Virus record (IMG/VR): IMGVR_UViG_3300033149_002985
Span: 28,966 to 92,965 of that record
DNA length: 64,000 bases
Source of the DNA: a virus
Strand: one strand, 5' to 3'
Shown here: positions 52,895 through 61,052 of the stretch, piece by piece
How the letters are laid out: each line of letters opens with the position of its first letter
How positions within the stretch are numbered: the stretch's first letter is position 1
Made by a program: the position numbers and the translations under genes
The notes under the pieces: model-generated
Seen by the model: only the letters and a program-made list of their open reading frames with translations
Database searches by the model: none
What the model was told of the DNA's origin: nothing

Positions 52895-52970
52895 GCGACT
52901 AGCGTCTTACGCTCTTTTATTTTAAGGGCAAACGCCTTATACTCAATGTTAACGTGACTGCCCTAGTCGC
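52895..52970 (-). ncRNA. Candidate three-way-junction structured RNA element
   Basis: P1 GCGACTA/TAGTCGC, P2 GGGCA/TGCCC (plus ACG/CGT), P3 GCGT-AAG-ACGC. Confidence 0.4.
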
Positions 52971-53127
52971 CTTTATTATCAGTATCTAAATCTTCATTAT
53001 CTCCGAAAGAATCACAATAAGAATTTTTCTGTTCTAAACAAAATGGGTGAAAAATTTCTGAACCTTCTATTTCAAATTCTTCGGTTTCTAAAATTTCATT
53101 TTTGCAATATGCACAATATTTTTTCAT
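52963..53127 (-). CDS. 54-aa zinc-finger protein (below the ORF-track cutoff)
   Basis: MKKYCAYC...FHPFC..., ends at TAG 52963-52965. Confidence 0.6.
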   Translation of the reverse strand: MKKYCAYCKNEILETEEFEIEGSEIFHPFCLEQKNSYCDSFGDNEDLDTDNKGD

Positions 53128-53128
53128 T

Positions 53129-53569
53129 TTATTTTTTCTTTAATTCTTCGTGAGCATAACCATCTACATTAAATTTCAATGCCATTAATGCTTCGATCAT
53201 TGTAATTTTCTTACCAGTTTTTTTATCAACTCTTTTATATCCTCTATGTAAAGCCCACACATCAAGATAATGACGAAACATAGATTTAATATAAGCATTT
53301 TGGGGGATACCTTTTTGCCAATTATCAGAATCTCTTAATTCACCATTAGACTGTTTTCTATGAACAGTCATATAATCACCAAATGCTTCTAAAACAGGAT
53401 AACTCAAAAAACCTTCATAATCGTTTTTTCCTTCATCTGTATCTCTTGTAGCTCCTGATTTAAATTCTCTAATCTTTTTCTTAGATTTTTCCACAAAAGG
53501 GTTTTTTACTTTTGAATTAATTCGTCTTTTTTTTGATGCACCAGCTATAAATAATTTATTTTTTGTCAT
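53129..53569 (-). CDS. dATP/dGTP diphosphohydrolase-like (DUF5664) protein
   Basis: REFKSGATRD...K.DY...NWQKGIP....S..RH. Confidence 0.75.
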   Translation of the reverse strand: MTKNKLFIAGASKKRRINSKVKNPFVEKSKKKIREFKSGATRDTDEGKNDYEGFLSYPVLEAFGDYMTVHRKQSNGELRDSDNWQKGIPQNAYIKSMFRHYLDVWALHRGYKRVDKKTGKKITMIEALMALKFNVDGYAHEELKKK

Positions 53570-53893
53570 TAGTATCCTTCTTTGGTTTGTATTCTAATTT
53601 TAAAATTCCATTTACTTCATCTCTCAAAATCTTCAAATTATCAACTCTCATAATCTCTAAATAATCAATTACTTTTTTACAATTTTCACAGATTTCATAA
53701 TGCTTAGTACTTTTTTCATATATATCATTTTTCTTTTGAAACATGTTAAGAGCTTTTTCCAAAGTCACAAATTCAAGTAACTTATTTGTTAGTTTTGGAA
53801 TCTCTGCTTCAGTAATCGATAAATAATAAATTTTCTTTACAATGATTTCTTTACAGAAATCACATAATTTTTGATCAGCCATTTGTAATCCAA

Positions 53894-54514
53894 TTATTTT
53901 AATTTGCAGTCTGCTTTGACTTGAGTAACACATTCATTGATTGTACGAAATACTCTAATTGCTTTATTATTTGAAATTTGCGTACCAAATATTAAAGATG
54001 AATTTGATTCTGTTGGTGGAGCATCAGGTACAACCAAATAAATAGGAATTCTAAATAAAAAAGCAAAAACAACTTCGAAATGGGTTCCTACTGTTTTAAT
54101 TGAAGTAGGATGATAAACAATAATAAAATCGCTCCGAATAACTGCCTCAAAATCTCCCCAACTAACAATTTCACTTCTGCGATTACCATCAATATGTTTT
54201 CTCATTCTCAGATTAATTCCTAATTGGATTAAATCTGTATTTTGATTAATATTACCAAACCAAATTTTCCACATTCTTTCAAAGAAAATATCCCAATGAC
54301 CACCTCTTTTAAGCCCTTGAATATGTTTTATATGATCCCCTGGATTTGCTCCGACTTTACTTGCTTCTTGAGCCACAGGACTATAGATTAAAAGATCTTC
54401 ATGTTGTAATTTTTTCATAAAGGTTTCTCTGAAATCTATCATTTCTTTTTTGCTAACATTTTCCATTCCGCCTGCTAAGTAGGTTGTCCATTTTATTGGT
54501 TGTTCTTCTGACAT
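53894..54514 (-). CDS. Nucleoside 2-deoxyribosyltransferase / dNMP N-glycosidase-like protein
   Basis: YLAG.M, D...SD.IIV, GT..E. Confidence 0.75.
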   Translation of the reverse strand: MSEEQPIKWTTYLAGGMENVSKKEMIDFRETFMKKLQHEDLLIYSPVAQEASKVGANPGDHIKHIQGLKRGGHWDIFFERMWKIWFGNINQNTDLIQLGINLRMRKHIDGNRRSEIVSWGDFEAVIRSDFIIVYHPTSIKTVGTHFEVVFAFLFRIPIYLVVPDAPPTESNSSLIFGTQISNNKAIRVFRTINECVTQVKADCKLK

Positions 54515-54627
54515 TTTGTCTCCATTATTTAATCTTCATTTCTTGTACAAGTCCATGCAACAAAGCTAAAAGAAAGCATCATCATACAAAAACAAAATAA
54601 CATTAAATAAAATGCTCCATCTTCCAT

Positions 54628-54972
54628 TTAAACATCTCCATTTTCAAGAATTTTATCATTCTCATACATTGCTATTTCATCATCATAACTTTCCATGATG
54701 TCTATAAATTCTGTCTTTAAATTTATATTTAATCTTCTTTTTATTTCTTTGTGGCATCTTATTAAACATCCTGTCATATCATTATATTTTTGATAATTTG
54801 GAACTGCCCCTAAAAAATCATCGACATAACAAACAATTGCTCTAATACTATAGTTTAGTTGATTATTTTTAATATAAGAAAAAATCTGGTAATTTAATTC
54901 TCCAGCGTTTTTCGCTATAGCAATAGTTCTTAATTCTTGTCGTCTATTATTTTCATCTCTAATATAAGGCAT
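54628..54972 (-). CDS. Conserved phage protein (MPYI...GELNY family)
   Basis: MPYI, GELNY, E..RR, YE..KI..NGDV. Confidence 0.65.
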   Translation of the reverse strand: MPYIRDENNRRQELRTIAIAKNAGELNYQIFSYIKNNQLNYSIRAIVCYVDDFLGAVPNYQKYNDMTGCLIRCHKEIKRRLNINLKTEFIDIMESYDDEIAMYENDKILENGDV

Positions 54973-55213
54973 AATTATTTCTCCGTGATTTCTCCATTTT
55001 TTAAATGTCCACCATAAGTTTTACCATTTTTCTCTTGGACATCTTTCATCTCTTCCATATCTCGATAAAGACGATCAACCAAATCTTGAGTAAGTCCACA
55101 AGCAAATTCTCTGTTTGTTGGATTGTTTTCATCTCTAACAATTTTTATTGATTTAGAGATTAATTTTATATCATCAAGTAATTTTTCAAAATCATAACGA
55201 TTAAGAGACATGT

Positions 55214-55684
55214 TTAATCTTTCGTTTTTGCTTCTTTAAGTTTGGATTCAAAATCATAATCATAAAGATATTTCAAATCATCATAATTCTGAATATCACG
55301 AACATTATCAAAAATTTCCCTTAATATCTTTCGGAAACCAGTTGCTTTGCCTGTTTCAAACATACGTTCATAATTTCTTTGATATCTTGCAAATTTTCCG
55401 TTCTTTAACCACGTATTACCATAGAGATTACAAACCTCATGTCGTAAATCCCTACTTAATAAACTTATATCTTTTAAAACATCACCAAATGTTTTTTCCT
55501 CTGTCTTCTTTTCTTTAATAATTTTAACTAAAGAACGGATTGTTTCACCACACCTTAAACTATTATTAAACTGCTTGAGTATCTCTTTAGTGTCTATTTC
55601 TGCCGTTTTCATTGAATCTACTTTAAGAGTTTCTTCCCACTCACTATGGGCGTCTTTTATGATACATCTTATTTCCATCGACAT
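55214..55684 (-). CDS. Hypothetical protein
   Basis: ORF track. Confidence 0.55.
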   Translation of the reverse strand: MSMEIRCIIKDAHSEWEETLKVDSMKTAEIDTKEILKQFNNSLRCGETIRSLVKIIKEKKTEEKTFGDVLKDISLLSRDLRHEVCNLYGNTWLKNGKFARYQRNYERMFETGKATGFRKILREIFDNVRDIQNYDDLKYLYDYDFESKLKEAKTKD

Positions 55685-55688
55685 CCTT

Positions 55689-56300
55689 TTATTCTTCTGC
55701 TCTTAATTTATTAATAATCTTTTTAGATTCTTTGCTTGATATAGACTTAGAAATTTCTGCCATCATATCATCTGCGCCTTGTTGATAAATTTTTCTTTCT
55801 ACGTCAGAATATTTATCACCGTTGCTTCGAATATATCTTTTACCTTTAGATATACCTCTTACTAAATCTCTTGCAACTCTTCCAGTGCCTCTTATAAGAC
55901 TAAAAATTGCACCAATAACCCAACCAAAACCACTCAAAGAAAGAGCTATCATTATAATAATTCCCCATAACACATAACCTTGAACATTTAAAATAAACTG
56001 TGAAATTTTTTCACGCCATCTTAATTTTCTTTCTTGTTGGTTAAAAGTCTTTTCATACGAATAATAATTTTGTCCGCATTTCAGAACTCTTCCCATAGAA
56101 TCTAAGATAATTTCTCCTTTACATTTGATCCTTTTTTCTGATTTTTCAATTTTTTCGGGAACTTTTGAAACGGTATTTTTGAAAGGTTGGGAAGCAATTT
56201 TAAGGAGGGAACAGCCTGTTAATGTAGACATAAAAATACATAACATCATTAATTGCAACATGTTATGCTTAAAAAGGTGGTAAATTTGATTTTTCATCAA
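55689..56300 (-). CDS. Putative lipoprotein with an internal TM segment
   Basis: Lipobox LTGC at about aa 27-30; hydrophobic stretch at about aa 108-135. Confidence 0.6.
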   Translation of the reverse strand: MMKNQIYHLFKHNMLQLMMLCIFMSTLTGCSLLKIASQPFKNTVSKVPEKIEKSEKRIKCKGEIILDSMGRVLKCGQNYYSYEKTFNQQERKLRWREKISQFILNVQGYVLWGIIIMIALSLSGFGWVIGAIFSLIRGTGRVARDLVRGISKGKRYIRSNGDKYSDVERKIYQQGADDMMAEISKSISSKESKKIINKLRAEE

Positions 56301-56428
56301 TTATCCTTACGTTTATGATGTAACTATATATAAATAAATAAGTTAGCAGAAAACTAGTGATAATATTAAAGACCTTTATTCTTACCTCTCGGAACGGTCA
56401 AAATGTGACTAGATTTTGCACTACTATA

Positions 56429-56460
56429 AGTATACCATACCTTGACCCAGGGTGTCAAGG
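56429..56460 (-). promoter_or_regulatory. sigma70-type promoter TTGACA-N18-TATACT overlapped by a CCTTGAC-N7-GTCAAGG inverted repeat
   Basis: Minus strand TTGACA ccctgggtcaaggtatgg TATACT. Confidence 0.75.
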
Positions 56461-56462
56461 GT

Positions 56463-56861
56463 TCAAGGGGTTTTTTTCAAAAAAATCAATTCAGTGTCCA
56501 TATAAGCCACTTTATAACCTTGTTCTTCCAATTCTTTTAAAGTTTTTTTTATCATATTAAGAGCAAAATCAGTGGTTTTCGATGCTTTTCCATATGCACT
56601 ATTTAACTCTACTTTGGATTTTTGCAAAAGAGCTTGTTCATGAATATTTAAATCGGGTAATTTCTTAGCACAAATTAAATGAAATCTCTTATAATCTTTT
56701 AAATGATATCCTTCTCCATCTGAGCTTCTAATCAATTGATCTCCATATTCTTTGACCCTAGCAAAACAACTTTCACCTATTACTATTTCTTTCCAACATT
56801 TATCACATTGCCAAGTTTTCTTGGCTTTAATAATATAAGTTCCAGTTTTATAATCGGGCAT
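56463..56861 (-). CDS. Zn-finger protein fused to a PolB motif B/C-like fragment
   Basis: CDKC...HLIC; KVELNSAYGK...GYKVAYMDTE; start reassigned to MPDYK (GGAG RBS). Confidence 0.6.
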   Translation of the reverse strand: MPDYKTGTYIIKAKKTWQCDKCWKEIVIGESCFARVKEYGDQLIRSSDGEGYHLKDYKRFHLICAKKLPDLNIHEQALLQKSKVELNSAYGKASKTTDFALNMIKKTLKELEEQGYKVAYMDTELIFLKKTP

Positions 56862-57112
56862 TTTTCTCTCCGTTTTTGAAATCATTATCAAACATTCCAT
56901 GAGTATCAAATATTATAATTCCTGGCTTTGTATCTTTTAATAGTTCATTTAATGTTTTTTCACATTTTTTTAACATTTGCTCTAATTCAAAATAACAAAT
57001 AATTTCATCCATTCTTCTAACTCCTTTAAGGAGGGTTAAAACCCTCTCTCCACCCTAAAAATTTTCTCCACAGATACGCCTTCTATCATTGAAAAATAAC
57101 ATGTTTATATGA

Positions 57113-57141
57113 ACGTAGTGAATATAATATATTCACTACGT
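57113..57141. repeat. Perfect 14-1-14 palindrome in the main non-coding region
   Basis: ACGTAGTGAATATA-A-TATATTCACTACGT; a further GTAGTGAAT copy follows immediately. Confidence 0.9.
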
Positions 57142-57242
57142 ATGTAGTGAATTATATACGTTAGTTTATTAATCAATGAATTATATAATATATACTGTAT
57201 ATACGCAGTTGTTCAATCAAATTTTCTTTTTTGTCTAATTAA

Positions 57243-57272
57243 AGTATAACATATTGATTGTCCAAGTGTCAA
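57243..57272 (-). promoter_or_regulatory. sigma70-type promoter TTGACA-N18-TATACT with TG extended -10
   Basis: Minus strand TTGACA cttggacaatcaatatgt TATACT. Confidence 0.75.
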
Positions 57273-58653
57273 TAGAAACAATAAAAATTTAAAAATCCAC
57301 CAAAGTAGACAATAAAAAAATAAACTAATTATACCTCCTACCATAAGGACTAAAGTTAAAAATATCCAATTAGTTGGGTATATGTAATTCATTTTAATTC
57401 TCTTTAATTTTTAATAATTTTACAATTTCTTTTTTATTTCCTGAATTTAATATTTCTTGTTTTTCTTTATATGATGGGGTCATTATATCGTAATATTTAT
57501 TAATTTCTTCTACTGGCACTTCACAAGAAACCGCCATTGGGGAAAATTTTATTTTAATCTCAGTCCCTTTTTTTATCTCCCATTTTTGGATTCTTTCTTT
57601 TAATTCTTGTGTTATCTGTATCCAAGTATCTTCATAACCATAAAAACTTACTTTCATCATATTACGAGATGGTTGATTTGCTAATCTAATAAAAATACAT
57701 TTTAATGAATGGATTAATTTAAGTTCTGTTTTTGGTATATTCATTATATAACCTCCAATTCTACTCGTTTAATAAGATAATCAGGTTTCTTTCCAAAAGC
57801 TCCTTTTGTAATAATTTTCTTCTTTTTTGATTTCAAAAATAAATGTTTAAATTTTAACTTAGCTGATTTTAATTGACCAATTTTTTCTTGGTTTTCTATC
57901 CTAGCTAATTCTTTTTTTACATTTGGTAATTCTGGGTGCTCTTCGAAAAACTTTTTCCTACGTGCTCTATTTTTCATTGAAGGTGGTGTTAATTTAATCA
58001 TAATTCTCCTTTTTAATCAAAATTAGATAATTATTATAGATTTTAAGATTTTTTAGTAACATACCAAATTTTTTGGTTTTCATCTCCTTGATTAATCATA
58101 ACTTTTTCTAAATATGATCTTGTTTTTAATGCTTGTACTAAATGAATTCTAAAATCTTTGCAAGAATTTTCAAAAGTAATTTTTAAACTTTCATTAATTG
58201 TAATGTTAGATAAATTTTCAAATATTTCATCATATTCTTTAGTTTTACTGTGATTTTTTCGATGAGGAATATCTGTTTTGTTTATTTTTTCAATTTGCAT
58301 AATATTTCTCCTTTATTTTTTATGATAATTTCTAAATTTTGATGAAGATATAGTTACAGAAATAGTTTGTTTTTCTAATATTGTTAATTTTTTTTCATAT
58401 TTAACTTTCTGTATAATATTTCTATATTTTATAATTAATTTTTCAAATCTTTTTATATTTTTTTTAAGACGATTGATTTTAATTATATTTGTTGGATCTG
58501 TAATAATAGTCATTTGAAGAGCATCTTTGTAAATATTAAATTTTTTCTGAGCAGAACAACTTCTTGAAAACATTGGATAAATATTTGTATCTGTGTTATT
58601 ATCCCAATCAAAATAAAAATCCATATTAAGTTTTTCATGTTTTCTATTCATTT

Positions 58654-59439
58654 TTATTTTATCTTTTTTAAATATTTTTTCTTTAATTCTTCTGTGCATA
58701 TTTTAAGATATTTTTGAGTAGATTTTAAATTTTTATGCCCAAGAAGTTTTTGGATTTCTGGAAGACTAAATCCTTCTTTTAATAACCATGTTGCAAACGA
58801 ATGACGCAATAAATAAGGTCGTAAATTAAAATCAGGAAAATGTTTTTTGATTTTTTCACACATTCTTCCTAATGCTCTTGTCGTGGTATTAAAAGCATTG
58901 GTTTTTTCATATTCCAAAATAAAATATATCTTCATTAAATCACTTACTTTTTCTGGAAACAGAAAAATATGTTCAGTTTTTGTTTTTTGCCTATAAATCT
59001 TTCCCTGTAAATTTTTTAAATCAAAGTTTTTCCTTTTTAAAGCAACAATTTCACCTGGACTTAATCCACTATAAAAAATTAAATAAAAAATGGCTATAAT
59101 TTTTTCATTTTTTCTCCAATTTTGTTTAATAATTGGAACAATTTCTTTTTCAAATTGTTCGATAGTAATAGCATCTACCAATTTTTCATCTTCATCTAAT
59201 GCTGGAGGCATTTCAATATCTATTTTTTTCCATTCTATATAAGCACAAATAGCATTTCGATAACAATTGATTGTTTTATTTACATGTGTTCCTTGTAATC
59301 CAAGTAAATATCTATCTACAGTTTCTTTAATAACGACATTATTAGTCGCTTTTAAAAAATCTCTTATCCTTTGACAATATCCTCTTCGAGTATTATGAGA
59401 TCGTCCTTTTAATTTTAACCAATCATTAAAATTATTCAT
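58654..59439 (-). CDS. XerC/D-like tyrosine recombinase (atypical active site)
   Basis: SGLSPGE, LRHSFAT, IQKLLGH, TQKY. Confidence 0.88.
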   Translation of the reverse strand: MNNFNDWLKLKGRSHNTRRGYCQRIRDFLKATNNVVIKETVDRYLLGLQGTHVNKTINCYRNAICAYIEWKKIDIEMPPALDEDEKLVDAITIEQFEKEIVPIIKQNWRKNEKIIAIFYLIFYSGLSPGEIVALKRKNFDLKNLQGKIYRQKTKTEHIFLFPEKVSDLMKIYFILEYEKTNAFNTTTRALGRMCEKIKKHFPDFNLRPYLLRHSFATWLLKEGFSLPEIQKLLGHKNLKSTQKYLKICTEELKKKYLKKIK

Positions 59440-59776
59440 TATAAATCTATACCCTTTTTATTTGCCGATACAATAATTTCATTAGCTTTGATTAATGCTT
59501 CTAAAGGATCAACAGAGAAATGTATTTGATTACCACATAAAGTTATTTTGGCTTTGCCTTCTCGTTTTAATTGCCAAGCAGATAATTCAAACATACGAGA
59601 GTTTATCCATTTGTCTAGCATTTTATATCCATCTTTTAAAAGTTTATCCATATATCCCTTAATTTCTGTTACTTGTCCTTTTGATAGTTCAGGATGAGTT
59701 TTTAAATATTCTTCTAATTGTTTGTGATTATAATTTGATAGATTAGATATTGTCATTTATTTTTCCTTTCTTTTCT

Positions 59777-59983
59777 CTATAAGCAACCCATATACCGCCA
59801 AGCGGTAAATATAAAGTTTTTTCGCCTTTCATCAAATTTTTTCTTACATATTTCACATTTAGGAAGTCCACCTTTCCAATTATAATGATTCTTTCCTTTT
59901 ATTGATTTAATAAAATGTTTTCTACAATAAACACATGTGTTCCTACTTAATTTTTTATTACATATCTTACAATAACTTGACAT
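59777..59983 (-). pseudogene. Probable remnant of a Zn-finger HNH endonuclease (N-terminus only)
   Basis: CxxC pairs and KGKNHYNWKGG motif, but no nuclease domain. Confidence 0.45.
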
Positions 59984-61049
59984 TTTTTAATTCCTCTAAT
60001 AACTCTTTACCTTTTTTAGTAATAATTCTACTTGGTATTCTATTCAAATATCCAAATTCGCAGAGAAAGGGTTCAAACTCCCTAATGTATTCATTTTGAC
60101 TTAATCCACATTTTAAAGCTAGAGCGTTAGCTCCAATCGCCCTAGTGGATTTATTCAGGACAGAAAGTAATTTTATATCTAAAGTTGTTAATCCATCTTT
60201 TATTATATTGCAGTTCTGCAATACCTTTTCAATATCATGTTCAACAATATAATCTTCTAACAAGGCAATAGCCGAGCGAGGATTAAATTTACAGTTTTTT
60301 GATATAGTAATTAAAACTTCGCTAGGTAATTTTGTATTAGAATATAACTGTTTATGATACTGGCTCAAGATATTTGCTATTTCGCCAACATTATATCTTG
60401 CGAATTTTATATGATGAGCAATTCTATCAAGAGTATCAGGATTATTTTTGATAAGAATATGTTTATTGATTGTAGCTCCTGCAAAAATAAAAGGTTTTAT
60501 CCTTTTTCCAGTAATTTCAAAGCTTTCTATGATTGGATTTAATACCTTAATTACTTTCCAATCCATTGTATCAATTTCGTCAACAAAAAACATTACAAAT
60601 TGTTCTTGACTTGTATTTATTTCATTAATAATATCAACCAAATTTTCTTCATCAATTTGTTTACCAATTCTTTTGATTATTTTTGCTCCCATATCCTTTG
60701 CTAATAATTCTACAAATGTAGTTTTGCCATGCCCTTTGATACCATCTACTAAAAAATGAGCTTTCATTCCCATTCTAGCTTTTTGAATAATAGTTTTTGC
60801 TCGTTCTTTTGCTTCTGTTTGTCCGACAAATTGATTCCAAGTTTGAGGACGAAATTCAAATTTTTTAAGTTTATCACCTTTATATTCTATGATCTTGTTG
60901 GCGTTGAAACTAGACTCTTTGAGAATAACTTCTTGAGGTTTTTCTGGGCGACTGCTATTTAGAAATTTTTTTTCATCAAAATAGAAATCATCAGAATCTT
61001 CACTATTATCTTTTCCGCATAACCAATTTAAAGATTTTAATATACTCAT
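59967..61049 (-). CDS. ruvB: RuvB-like Holliday junction branch-migration AAA+ ATPase
   Basis: FRPQTW..FVGQ, G..GHGKTT, FVDEI, FIFAGAT, NPR.A, GL...D, EPFL...GYL.R..R. Confidence 0.88.
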   Translation of the reverse strand: MSILKSLNWLCGKDNSEDSDDFYFDEKKFLNSSRPEKPQEVILKESSFNANKIIEYKGDKLKKFEFRPQTWNQFVGQTEAKERAKTIIQKARMGMKAHFLVDGIKGHGKTTFVELLAKDMGAKIIKRIGKQIDEENLVDIINEINTSQEQFVMFFVDEIDTMDWKVIKVLNPIIESFEITGKRIKPFIFAGATINKHILIKNNPDTLDRIAHHIKFARYNVGEIANILSQYHKQLYSNTKLPSEVLITISKNCKFNPRSAIALLEDYIVEHDIEKVLQNCNIIKDGLTTLDIKLLSVLNKSTRAIGANALALKCGLSQNEYIREFEPFLCEFGYLNRIPSRIITKKGKELLEELKNVKLL

Positions 61050-61052
61050 TAC

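Noticed and set aside
52895-52970. 76-nt element with a 7-bp terminal stem resembling a tRNA
   Set aside because: No T-loop (TTCRA), D-arm, anticodon arm or CCA; kept only as a generic structured RNA
57100-57210. Short repeats as a possible CRISPR or other guide array
   Set aside because: Only 2-3 irregular copies with no regular spacers, and no cas genes
58654-59439. Prophage boundary or att site at the recombinase
   Set aside because: Phage-like genes continue on both sides; no host genes or tRNA target seen
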